Positions 1-9,528 of a stretch of 64,000 nt of DNA are shown piece by piece. Source of the stretch: Acidobacteriota bacterium (GTDB lineage: Bacteria > Acidobacteriota > UBA890 > WLXD01); NCBI GenBank assembly GCA_965205505.1, contig CBDBHB010000009.1, forward strand, positions 448,001 through 512,000. Direction: 5' to 3'. The translations under genes and the position numbers were made by a program. The notes below the pieces were generated by a model. That model had not been told where the DNA came from. It saw nothing but the letters and a program-made list of their open reading frames with translations, and made no database searches. The first letter of the stretch is position 1. The number at the start of each line of letters is the position of its first letter.

Positions 1-316
1 CAGGTCCGTTGTCCCGTGGGCGTTTCACGTCCGGCCAAGAGGCCTCAGCTCCCCATAATCGACTTAACTTGACTGTACCCCCGGCGGGACTCCCTCGTGG
101 ATGATCGGTATACGATGGGGCTATCCGCTGAGCGTAGCCGAAAGGTGTTCCCTATGCAGCGACGGCGGTACACGAAACCGGCCGCAAGAGTCATTGCTCT
201 GCTCTTGGCCGGGCATCTCCTCTTGTTCTACCCTCTGCCACTCGAAGTTCTCGGTATCGTCCTTCTGGTTTTCGGCGCTATCTGCGTGTTAGCGGATTGG
301 CGGAATGCTCTCTAAC

Positions 317-580
317 ACGCGCAACGTCCTGTTCTACGAGGGCCCGACGACGCAGAACTTCTCGCCGACGGTCTTCGTGGACATCGACGACGTCCTGGGC
401 CGAAAGGTCGACGCCGTGAATGCGCACGCCACTCAGGTGGACAAGACCAACATCCAGGACCTGACTATCATCGACCTAGCGCGCGCCGCATCCCACTTTC
501 GCGGCATCCAGGCGCGGGTCAAGAACGCCGAAGGCTTCATGCCTCTGCGGCTGTTCATCAACGTCGACCGGGAGCAATAG
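317..580 (+). pseudogene. C-terminal fragment of a PIG-L/LmbE-family deacetylase
   Basis: RNVLFYEGPT...PTVFVDI...KVDAVNAHATQ...AEGF matches the PIG-L C-terminal pattern. No N-terminal HPDD domain is encoded upstream. Confidence 0.65.
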
Positions 581-636
581 GGATGCTGGGTGCCGGGGAA
601 GGGGGATGGTCCTGAGCGCGACGGTGCAGGCCGGCA

Positions 637-1784
637 GTGGGTAGCTTCTGGTCTGGTATGAGGGTCGTCCGGTCCGCCGGGCTGATCGTCATGGTGACCG
701 GGCTGCTCCTGCCCGTTCTGCGGCGGCCGTTCTTTGCCACCGGCAACCGCTGGCTCTACGTGCTGTTTCTGAGCTTCTCCATCGCCGCGCTCTTGAGCCC
801 CGGGGTTCGCTGGCTGGCGCACAGGACGGGGGCGCTCGACCTGCCGGACGGCCGCAGGAAGATCCACGATACCCCCACCGCGTTGCTGGGGGGGATCGCC
901 GTCTACGCCGGGGTGATGGGGGCGATCGTCGCCAACGGCGTGTGGCCGCCGGGATTGGCGCCGATCCTGTCCATCGCCACGTTCCTGTTTCTCTTCAGCC
1001 TCGCCGACGACCTGCGCCCCCTCGGATCGTGGCTCAAGCTCACCGTCTTCATGCTCGCGGCCGGCGCCGCCGTCGCCTCCGGGGCGCAGGCGACTGTGTT
1101 TCCGCCAAACCAAGTCGGCATCGCCCTCAACCTGCTCGTCAGCTTCATCTGGATCCTCGGCATCTTCAACGCCCTCAACTTCCTCGACGGGATGGACGGC
1201 CTCGGCCCCGGTCTGGCGGCGATCATCGCCCTGTTCACGGGCATAGTCGCCTACGAGACCGGCCAGGAGGTGCTGGGGTGGGTATCGGCCGCCGTGGTCG
1301 GGAGCTGCGTCGGTTTCCTCCCCTTCAACTTCCGCCCGCGGGCGAGGGCGACGATCTTCCTGGGGGACGCCGGCAGCAACTTCCTGGGCTTCACGCTTGC
1401 CAGCATCGCCCTGCTGGGCTACTGGGCGGACGCCAGGCCGCTCGTGGCCATCAGCAGCCCGCTGCTCATCTTCGGGATCCTGATCTTCGACATGGTCCAC
1501 ATCACCGTGACGCGCATAGCGAGCGGCGAGGTCCGAACGTTCTACGAGTGGATCCGTTACACCCGGGGCGGGACCACTTCCACCATCGGCTGCAGGTGGT
1601 GCTGGGAAGCAGGGCCCTGACGGTCTCTTTCATCCTTTTGCTGAACGTATGTCTGGGGCTTTCGGCGCTGGCGCTACGGCGAACCGACGTGAACGGCGCG
1701 CTGGTGCTCCTGCTTCAGGCGCTGGTCGTCCTCGCCCTCGTCACCGTGCTGGAGCGCCGCGGGCGGCGCCTCGCCTCCGGCTGA
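637..1784 (+). CDS. MraY/WecA/TagO-like polyprenyl-phosphate sugar-1-phosphate transferase (frameshift near 1562-1570)
   Basis: Motifs DLPDGRRKIH, LADD, NALNFLDGMDGL and FLGDAGS. The GRDHFHHRL motif and last two TM helices continue in another frame (ORF ending at 1784). Confidence 0.85.
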
Positions 1785-1803
1785 GGGCACCGCCGCACTC
1801 CCT

Positions 1804-1893
1804 ATGATCGAGGCGCACGGCCTGTCCAAGCGGTTTCCCGGCACCGGCTGGCGTTGGCCGACCCGGCACCGCGGCGTCCGGGGAGTCGATCTT
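1804..1893 (+). pseudogene. N-terminal fragment of an ABC transporter ATP-binding protein
   Basis: Translates MIEAHGLSKRFPG...RGVRGVDL, then diverges before any Walker A motif. Confidence 0.5.
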
Positions 1894-2192
1894 AACAACG
1901 GCGGCGACGATCGCTAGCTCAGCTTGAGCAGCCGCCAAACGGGAACTGTCGCGCGTGCTGACACGTCAAGGACAAGAGCGTTGCACTGAGAAGAACAGAT
2001 TACAGCTTTAAAAGTCACTATTTTCTTTTAGCTCATATCTCTGCACTATGGTACCATCTAAACGTTACTGGAGATTGAGGTCAGACTCGCGAGCGTCGTC
2101 TACCTGCTTGGCTTGGCCGCCAGACCGGGGTGGCTGATCCGCTGAGGTAGGGCCTTCAATCGATCGAGTGAGATCAGCTGGAGAAGCTTAGG

Positions 2193-3140
2193 ATGCCCGC
2201 CTCGAACCTGCCTCGGCTCAAGCAAACCTTCACCGGAATGGACAAGATCGACCGCCTCGGGTGGGCGGAAGGGATGAGCTTCACGGTGTACGGCCTCCGG
2301 GTCGGGGTCCGGGCGAGCGCTCCGGGAACCATGGATCGGCTTCGCGCTCTGCTGCCGCCCGGCTGGAAGCCCGCTGGCTCGCCCGAGGTCGAGCGCCTCT
2401 ACTCCCTCATCGTCGGTGGCGAGGGGCCGCGCCCCAATGTCCGCCGCTTCAACTTGCTATACGTGGACGCAACGCGAATGGCTCGTTCGATGGATCTCGA
2501 TGCGGTGCTCTCCAACCTCGCATCCGACCTGCAGCTCTATATCGCGGAGCGGGCGCGCCGCAGGCTGTTCGTGCATGCGGGCGTAGTCGGCTGGCACGGC
2601 CAGGCGATCGTCATCCCGGGCCAGAGCATGAGTGGCAAGACATCCCTGGTGGCGGCGTTGGTCCGGGCCGGGGCGACCTACTACTCCGACGAGTATGCGG
2701 TCCTCGACGCGCGCGGTCGTGTGCATCCCTACCCGACGCCGCTGTCCATACGAGAACGGCCAGATGCACGGGCCAAGAAGTGCCCGCCCGAGGCGTTGGG
2801 CGGTCGCCCCGGAGTCGGACCGCTCCCGGTCGGCTCGGTGGCGGTCACGAAGTACAGGCAGGGGGCGCGTTGGCGACCCCGACAGCTCCCCCCGGGGCGG
2901 GCGCTGCTGGAGCTCCTGGCCCACACCGTGCCGGTTCGGCGGCGACCGAGGGCCGCGATCACCAGGCTGCGAAAAGCGGTATCCGACACGCTGGTTCTCA
3001 AGGGCGTGCGCGGCGAGGCCGAGGAGATGGCCGAGGCTTTGTTGAGCCGACTACAGGAGCGCGTGATCGCGGTGCCGGCGGAGGATCGCTGCCTGCGAGG
3101 TGTGGCTTCAACCGGCCAGCGCGAAGCTGCGAGGGCATGA
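2193..3140 (+). CDS. HPr kinase-like P-loop kinase (RiPP/lasso-cluster type)
   Basis: LFVHAGVVG...IPGQSMSGKTSLVAAL...YYSDEYAVLD, i.e. HprK-like Walker A plus SDE motif. Confidence 0.8.
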   Translation: MPASNLPRLKQTFTGMDKIDRLGWAEGMSFTVYGLRVGVRASAPGTMDRLRALLPPGWKPAGSPEVERLYSLIVGGEGPRPNVRRFNLLYVDATRMARSMDLDAVLSNLASDLQLYIAERARRRLFVHAGVVGWHGQAIVIPGQSMSGKTSLVAALVRAGATYYSDEYAVLDARGRVHPYPTPLSIRERPDARAKKCPPEALGGRPGVGPLPVGSVAVTKYRQGARWRPRQLPPGRALLELLAHTVPVRRRPRAAITRLRKAVSDTLVLKGVRGEAEEMAEALLSRLQERVIAVPAEDRCLRGVASTGQREAARA

Positions 3141-3150
3141 GGAGATCATC

Positions 3151-3688
3151 ATGAGCGACGCAGCAAACGGACCGACGCCGAGGGCGAGGCAGGAGCGGCT
3201 GGTCGTAGAAGAACTGCCGGACGAGACCTTGGTGTACGACCTGAGCCGTCATAAGACGCATTGTCTGAATCGGACCTCGGCCCTGGTCTGGCGGCACTGC
3301 GATGGGCACACGACCCTCGCCGAGATGGCTGCGCTGCTGGAGAAAGGAGGTTGGCATCCCGGCAGACGAGGCCGTCGTGTGGATGGCGCTGGACCGCCTG
3401 GGGCGGGCGCGCCTGTTGCAACAGCCGGTGAGCTTGCCGGCCGGCGTGGCACGGTACTCGCGGCGAGAGGCGATGCGGACGTTGGGGCTGGGTGCGGGGC
3501 TGTCGCTGCTCGTGCCGGTGGTGGAGACGATCGTCGCACCGCACGCCGCGGCGCAGGGATCGTGCATCGACGCGGAGGCGTGCAAAGCTCTCAGTCCTCC
3601 CTGCGGCGGAGCACCAGTCTGCTTCAATGCGGGGGACTGCTGCCTACAAAAGAATCCTGTGCAGTGTGACAAGGACACTTGTCCCTAG
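3151..3688 (+). CDS. PqqD-family RRE domain fused to a leader-like segment and an 8-Cys C-terminal peptide (1-nt frameshift near 3343-3345)
   Basis: DETLVYD...HCLNRTSALVWRHCDG is a PqqD/RRE pattern. Removing one A joins it to EVGIPADEAVVWMALDRL...SRREAMRTLG...APHAAAQGS-Cys-rich tail. Confidence 0.75.
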
Positions 3689-3697
3689 GTGTGACCG

Positions 3698-4834
3698 GTG
3701 TGGAATCCGAGAAGTGAGATCGCACCGGCGCCGTACCTGCACTCCGGCCACCGCGTGGGACCACACGGCAAGCTGGTAGCATCGATTCTTGCTGGCGCCT
3801 GGCGCCGGTCTCCGCCGCCGCTGTCCCTGTCGTCAGCCGACCTGGCCGAGATCACGCCGCTGCTGCTGAGGACCGGAGCAGCGAGCTTAGGCTGGTGGCG
3901 GGTGCGCGATTCCGATCTGCGGACCTGCTCCCCCGCCCTCGAGCTTCGCCAGGCGTACCGCCTCCATACGCTCCAGGCTGGGCTGCACGAGCGCCGCATC
4001 GTGCGCGCCATCGCGCTCCTGAGTTCGGCCGGCGTGGAGCCGCTGCTGGCCAAGGGCTGGGCGGCAGCGCGACTCTACCCGGAGCGTGGCCTGCGCCCGT
4101 ACGGCGACATCGACCTGTGGGTTCGAGCTCGGCAGCATGCGGCTGCCGTGGCCATCCTGAGCAGCCCGGCTGGCGAGCGCCTCCGGGTGGACTTGCACCG
4201 GGAAATCCGTCTTGTCGAGTGCCTGGACCGTAGCTGGGACGAGCTCTACGACCGCTCCCGGCTGCTGCCCCTCGGTGAGGCGCAGGTGCGCATACCGGGG
4301 CCCGAGGACCACCTCCGCCTCCTGTGCCTGCACATGTTCCGCCATGGCGCCTGGCGCCCTCTCTGGCTGTGCGACATTGGGGCGGCGCTGGAGGGCCTGC
4401 CAGCAGACTTCGACTGGGATCTTTGCCTCAGGGGGAATCCACGGCGCTCGGATTGGGTCGCCTGTGCCATCGGTCTGGCGCACCAGCTTCTCGACGCCCG
4501 TGTCGACGGCACCTCCGTGGCCGGGAGAACCCGACACCTGCCCCGATGGCTGCTTGCCGCCGTGCTGCGCCAATGGGGGGCAGCGGAACACTACATGAAC
4601 AGCCCGTCGATGGCCTTCTGTCTCGGGCATCCCGCCCGGGCACTCAAGGCGCTGCGCCTGCGTTGGCCGAATCCGATTCAGGCTACGGTCGCCCTGGGAG
4701 GGCCGTTCAATGACCTGCCCAGGTTCCCGTTTCAGCTTGCCGAATGTCTCTCCCGCCCCGCACAGTTCATGGCGCAACTGTCGAGGCCTCCGCAGCGAAA
4801 TGACACCGGGCCCATGGTCATGCGCAAGGCGTGA
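3698..4834 (+). CDS. Nucleotidyltransferase family protein (NTP_transf_5-like)
   Basis: PLLAKGWA...LYP...RPYGDIDLWV...VDLHRE...EDHLRLLCLH...LWLCDI. Confidence 0.8.
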   Translation: MWNPRSEIAPAPYLHSGHRVGPHGKLVASILAGAWRRSPPPLSLSSADLAEITPLLLRTGAASLGWWRVRDSDLRTCSPALELRQAYRLHTLQAGLHERRIVRAIALLSSAGVEPLLAKGWAAARLYPERGLRPYGDIDLWVRARQHAAAVAILSSPAGERLRVDLHREIRLVECLDRSWDELYDRSRLLPLGEAQVRIPGPEDHLRLLCLHMFRHGAWRPLWLCDIGAALEGLPADFDWDLCLRGNPRRSDWVACAIGLAHQLLDARVDGTSVAGRTRHLPRWLLAAVLRQWGAAEHYMNSPSMAFCLGHPARALKALRLRWPNPIQATVALGGPFNDLPRFPFQLAECLSRPAQFMAQLSRPPQRNDTGPMVMRKA

Positions 4835-5008
4835 TCCGGTGAGCTGTTAGCGCCGATGCAGAACTGATCCATTGGTGACGATCGAAAACTGACTGTGAGA
4901 CTCAGGCCTAGCCGCGAAGGGTCCGCCCCGGCTTGGGTCCGCCGTCTCCTGCGGCTCTCGTGGGAGGGAGCCCAGGGGGTCTGAGGCGTGGCGGCGCGGT
5001 GCTTTGCC

Positions 5009-5578
5009 TCAGAAAGCCCAGCGCACTCCGACGCCAGAGCGAAAGATCATGGCGCCACGGGGAACGTGGAGGCGGGTCTGAGCAACGAGCTGCAGTTGGC
5101 GACCGAGCGCGAACCGCCAGTCGAGACCGAGGGTCGGCGCCAACATGGTGGCGTCCAGGTCTCCGAAGTGCGAGTGCTTCTGCGAGTGCCATAGGGTCGC
5201 GCCGGCCAGCAGCGCCGGCCCGGTTCGCCCGCCCGACCGGAGCTGAAAACTGACCAGCCCGGTCAGGATGTAGTCCCGGTGGCCGACCTGCGCCGCCGAC
5301 AAGAAGCGTGCCCTCGCTGCCTCGATCTCCAGGCTGAGCCGCTCAGTCAAGAAGGTACCGAGGCTTCCGCTAACACCGAAGGTCTGGCCGCTCAGACCGT
5401 CCTCGGAGCGCTCGACGTACGCGAACAGGTCGGCGCCGAGGTAGTGGCGAGGCGACGACGCCTCGGGCTTGGGTTCCTGCGCGGTGGCCGCGCTCGGCAT
5501 GCCGAGGCTCAGGAACGACACAAACACCGCCGCTTTCAGCACGCGCCGAGGATCCGGCTGAGCCACCGGGATCTTCAT
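5009..5578 (-). CDS. Secreted protein, probable small outer-membrane beta-barrel
   Basis: Signal peptide ending ATAQ, alternating beta-strand pattern, C-terminal aromatic residue (GVRWAF). Confidence 0.5.
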   Translation of the reverse strand: MKIPVAQPDPRRVLKAAVFVSFLSLGMPSAATAQEPKPEASSPRHYLGADLFAYVERSEDGLSGQTFGVSGSLGTFLTERLSLEIEAARARFLSAAQVGHRDYILTGLVSFQLRSGGRTGPALLAGATLWHSQKHSHFGDLDATMLAPTLGLDWRFALGRQLQLVAQTRLHVPRGAMIFRSGVGVRWAF

Positions 5579-6005
5579 GCCACCCCTCGTTGACGGTCGA
5601 TCTCCGCGCTCGGCCAGAACCCTCGAGCAGCGAAGCCGGCTGGCGGATGATGCTCGTGGCGGGGCCGCCGGGTCCCGAACTCGCGAAGCACTTTTAGTTA
5701 GTATTACATATCATATAATAATGTTTCGTATTATATGTCTTATAAACACATCTCACAAAAAAATTACTGGTGGCCGTTACGACGCACGCCGTAGCCGCCG
5801 CAGAGGTGACCGCGATGATGGCGGCAGCACCAAGCCGCTCAGGGACGTTCTCGCTGGATTCAACTTGCTTGTGCGCTTCAGCTTGTCTATCGACTTCAAT
5901 GGGGACCTCCGTGTTCGATCGGAGCCGGTGCGGCCGAGTGTGCTGTACTCCATGAGCGTCCTGGGTTGCAGGGTGACCCAACAGTGTGTGGGCGGGCTCT
6001 ACCCG

Positions 6006-6764
6006 CTACTGCATGAACTGGCCGCCGTTGACGTGGAAGCTGGCGCCGGTGGTGAAGCGTGCGCCGAGAATCGCATCGATCATTGCCGTGATGTCATTCA
6101 TCGCGCCGAGCCGGCCCATGGGAATCCGCTGGAGCATGCGCTCGACTCCGGCGTCGGTCTCCAGGTCGTAGCGCGCCACGACGTCGGGTGTCGGGACCGA
6201 GCCGGGTTGCAGACAGTTCACCCGGATCCGCGGTGCCAGCTCGAGGGCCATACATTTGGTCAGTGCCAGAATGCCGCCCTTGGCACTGCAGAAGTTGGCG
6301 CCGTTCGGGCGGCCCTCGACACCGCACGGCGCGACGAAGTTGAGGATCACCCCGTCGCGGTCCGGATTGTGGAACACGAACTCCTGCGAGCAGATGAAGT
6401 GGCCTCGCAGGTGCACAGCGACGACGCTGTCGAACTGTTCGTCGGTGAGCTCCATGAAGGGCGCGTCGCGGTTGAATCCGGCACCGTTGATCAACACATC
6501 GACACGACCGAAGCGGTCGATCACCGCGTCGAACATGGACCGCACCTGATCACGTTGGGCGACATCGGCGCGGTACTTGAGCAGACGGGCCGGGCCGGCA
6601 GCCTCGATGTCGCGCTCGACGCGCAGCGCCTTGTCCTCGGTGAGGTAGTTCAGACAAACGCCGAATCCGCGGGCCGCCAGGTGCTTGACGATGCCGGCTC
6701 CGAGCCCACTGGCGCCTCCGGTCACCACCGCCACGCGTTCCTCAGCAGTCTCAGAAGTCGTCAT
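6006..6764 (-). CDS. SDR family oxidoreductase
   Basis: VTGGASGLG and NGAG motifs; catalytic YxxxK appears as FCSAK. Confidence 0.85.
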   Translation of the reverse strand: MTTSETAEERVAVVTGGASGLGAGIVKHLAARGFGVCLNYLTEDKALRVERDIEAAGPARLLKYRADVAQRDQVRSMFDAVIDRFGRVDVLINGAGFNRDAPFMELTDEQFDSVVAVHLRGHFICSQEFVFHNPDRDGVILNFVAPCGVEGRPNGANFCSAKGGILALTKCMALELAPRIRVNCLQPGSVPTPDVVARYDLETDAGVERMLQRIPMGRLGAMNDITAMIDAILGARFTTGASFHVNGGQFMQ

Positions 6765-7723
6765 GTCGCTCCGGCGCGCTGACGCTGACGGAACCACTCG
6801 ACGGTCGCTCGTATTGCCTGCCGTAGCGGCGTCGGGTGGGCGCCGAAGGCACGGTCGAACTTCGTGTGGTCGACGATGAAGGGCCGGTCCAACAAGTGTG
6901 CCTCGTAACCCCGACTACGCCGCAGACTGTCGTCGGCCACCCGGATAGCGGGGCCGTTGCCCGCCTCCTCGTAGACGATCTCGAAGAACCGCCGCGGCGT
7001 TACGGGTGCGTCGTTGGGCAAGTTCCAGACTTGTCCGAGTGCCTTGGGTTGGTTGCCGAGCGTTACCAGGCCCGCGGCGACATCGTCGATAAACGAGTAG
7101 CTGTGCAGAGCGTCCGCAGCACCGAGGATCTCTGCCTCCTCGCCGCGAAGCGCCGGCACGAACAAACGATCGCCGGTGGTGGAGTTGAGCACCTCGGGGC
7201 CAAAGAAGTCGGAGGCGCAGCCGATGGTCACCGCCACTTCGTTCGCCGCGTGGGCGTCGAGCAGGCGCCGCGCCACGCCGACGCGAGCCAACCCTTTCTC
7301 GTCGCTGGCGTTCCAGGGATGGTCCTCGGTCAACGGGCCGTCGACGGGACCGTATATATAGTGGTTGTCGCCGTAGACAATGCGCGCGCCGGCAGCGGCA
7401 GCGGCGGCGATCGTGCCCTCGGTGATCGCCGGCAGGTGCTCGGTCTCGTTGGTCCAGCGCAACGGTTGCGGGTTGTCTGGGTCGGACCAGTCCATGTATG
7501 GGGCGCTGGCGCACTGGAATATCACGCTTGCCCCGGCGCACGCCTCTCGCGCGGCGTCGACATCCTTGATATCGGCGGCGACCAGCTCGACGCTCTCTGG
7601 CACCTGGCCGCGACCACTACGGTTGATGCCGCGGACGAGGCGGCCAGCTTCGATGAGGCGCCGCGCAACCGCCGCCCCCATCGGTCCGGTGACCCCGATC
7701 ACGACGTACAGAGGTACGCTCAC
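6761..7723 (-). CDS. NAD-dependent epimerase/dehydratase family protein
   Basis: VIGVTGPMG Rossmann start; YGDNHYIYG and DFFGP motifs. Confidence 0.8.
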   Translation of the reverse strand: MSVPLYVVIGVTGPMGAAVARRLIEAGRLVRGINRSGRGQVPESVELVAADIKDVDAAREACAGASVIFQCASAPYMDWSDPDNPQPLRWTNETEHLPAITEGTIAAAAAAGARIVYGDNHYIYGPVDGPLTEDHPWNASDEKGLARVGVARRLLDAHAANEVAVTIGCASDFFGPEVLNSTTGDRLFVPALRGEEAEILGAADALHSYSFIDDVAAGLVTLGNQPKALGQVWNLPNDAPVTPRRFFEIVYEEAGNGPAIRVADDSLRRSRGYEAHLLDRPFIVDHTKFDRAFGAHPTPLRQAIRATVEWFRQRQRAGAT

Positions 7724-9351
7724 CAGAGCTTCTGGATCTCGTCGTCGAGCCCGGTCATTTCCCAGCGGATGAGCGAGAACGGGATGCCGCCGGCGGCGAG
7801 AAACTCGTCGACGAAGTCGCGCAGCACGAAGTCAGGCCCGAGCTGACGCACGCGGTCGCCGAACAGCTTGATGAACTGACTCTTGCCAATCACCATCCCC
7901 GAGTGCCAGCCCGGGAAGCGCAGGTTCGTCGCCATCTCGTACCAGACGTGGTAGCCGTCGGGTAGCAGCCAGCCGTTGGGTGCGCAGGCGTAGCAGTAGT
8001 CGATAGCCTCTTGGAGGGTGAAGTCGTTGGCGTGCATGTTCTGGTCGGCGATGGCGCGACAGGAGCGGAAAGCCGTCTGCATGTAGACGATCTCGCGTCC
8101 TCGGGGCGACCGCTCATCGAGGTATCCAGAATGCATCAGCAGCTCCTCGAGGCCGAAGGCCCAGCCTTCGAGGCGGATCATGTCCATGGCGAACAGCCGC
8201 TCGGCACCGCGGATAACGCGCTCGTCGCGCTGCTGTTGCTGGTTATCGAAGTAGTGGCCGATGAACTCGTGCACCTGCTCGGGCAGCGGCTCGCGGTCGC
8301 CCGTCTGATCGAAGAAGTCGGTCTCCGGTCGCGGCCAGATCGCCGCAGGCTGCAGCGGCCCTCGCGAGAGATAGCCGCTGGCGTCGAGGTAGTCGGGAAT
8401 GGTAGCGATCTCTGATTCGCTCAAGAACCGCATGGCGAACTCGAGCGCGGCTCGTTTTCGGCGAGCGTGCTCCTCGGCAGTCTGCACCGGCTCGAGCTCG
8501 GGCAGATGGCGATTACGATTGCGCTCCAGCTCGAGGTAGGTGAGCACACGCTCGTCCTCGCGAGTGACGATCTCGCGAAAGTCGTCCCAGGTGTACGGCA
8601 CGAGCTGGACGTTGCGCAGCCACCAGTCGTAGTTGTCCTTGCCGATGCCGGCCCGGCCGTTCATGCGTGCGCGGTTGTTCTCTAGCCACTCGCCGTAGGC
8701 GACCACAGCGCCGCGTGCTGCGTCGGCGGGCTCGACCAGCTCCGGGTGGTGACCGCCGGCGGTATCACGAATGCGCTCGAAGAACGCCACTTCTTCATGC
8801 AGGTAATGCAGCGCCAGCGTCACCAGGTCGGCCGGAACGTTGCGTAGGTTGTCGCGCGCCGCGGACAGGAGTGTCGGAACTGCTTCCAACGCCTGCAGCA
8901 CTGCCGGCAGCTCGGCTGGCGGCATCGGCAGATCGTTGATCCGCACGCCCCTCCGCGATGGTCCCGATCCGCCCATCGTCTGCAGATAGAACCCGGGGTC
9001 ACGAGACCATGGCCGCAGCACCCGGTGATAGAAGTCGAGGCCGTTCATCTCGCCGCGGACAAGCAGGTAGTCGACCTTCTGGTCGACCGGCCAGGCGTCG
9101 ACGGCCAGCGCGTCGAACGTGCGTCGGAGCCGGCCGAGCGCCTGATACTGCCGGCGCATGGTATCGCCGCCGAAATCAGGGACCCCGTTGGTGACCGGCG
9201 GACGCTCGAGGGCGCGGAAGTCGCCGAAGATCTCCAGCAGCTCGGAATAGTTCGACGCCTGAGTCTGTGCGGTGGCGCTTCGCGGGCCAGCGGCTCCCGC
9301 CGCGCTGCAGGCGATTATCAGGGTCGCGGCGAGGAGCTTGCTCGTTGTCAT
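7720..9351 (-). CDS. DUF885 family secreted protein
   Basis: Signal peptide; HEFIGH, EGWAFGLE and C-terminal F.LRDF.DEFL..G.IP motifs. Confidence 0.7.
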   Translation of the reverse strand: MTTSKLLAATLIIACSAAGAAGPRSATAQTQASNYSELLEIFGDFRALERPPVTNGVPDFGGDTMRRQYQALGRLRRTFDALAVDAWPVDQKVDYLLVRGEMNGLDFYHRVLRPWSRDPGFYLQTMGGSGPSRRGVRINDLPMPPAELPAVLQALEAVPTLLSAARDNLRNVPADLVTLALHYLHEEVAFFERIRDTAGGHHPELVEPADAARGAVVAYGEWLENNRARMNGRAGIGKDNYDWWLRNVQLVPYTWDDFREIVTREDERVLTYLELERNRNRHLPELEPVQTAEEHARRKRAALEFAMRFLSESEIATIPDYLDASGYLSRGPLQPAAIWPRPETDFFDQTGDREPLPEQVHEFIGHYFDNQQQQRDERVIRGAERLFAMDMIRLEGWAFGLEELLMHSGYLDERSPRGREIVYMQTAFRSCRAIADQNMHANDFTLQEAIDYCYACAPNGWLLPDGYHVWYEMATNLRFPGWHSGMVIGKSQFIKLFGDRVRQLGPDFVLRDFVDEFLAAGGIPFSLIRWEMTGLDDEIQKLW

Positions 9352-9528
9352 GACGCTCGCCTCAGCGGGTCTCGGATAGACCTGTTCAAGAGTTGCATAC
9401 AGTATACGATGATGCCGAAACGCCTCACCAAGGCGCGGAGGAGCTCATTCGTGGCAGGTATCCGGCGGCCTGATGTACTGCGGACGGCGGTCGGCCGTGG
9501 GCCTTATCGGTGGCGCCGGACTGTACCG

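Noticed and set aside
97-316. Integron cassette ending in ctctaac
   Set aside because: The stop codon lies in a YYYAAC-like box, but no attC stem or GTTRRRY partner follows.
3151-3688. PQQ biosynthesis gene serving the PQQ dehydrogenases
   Set aside because: No pqqA/B/C/E nearby; the kinase/NTase context and Cys-rich fusion indicate a RiPP-type RRE.
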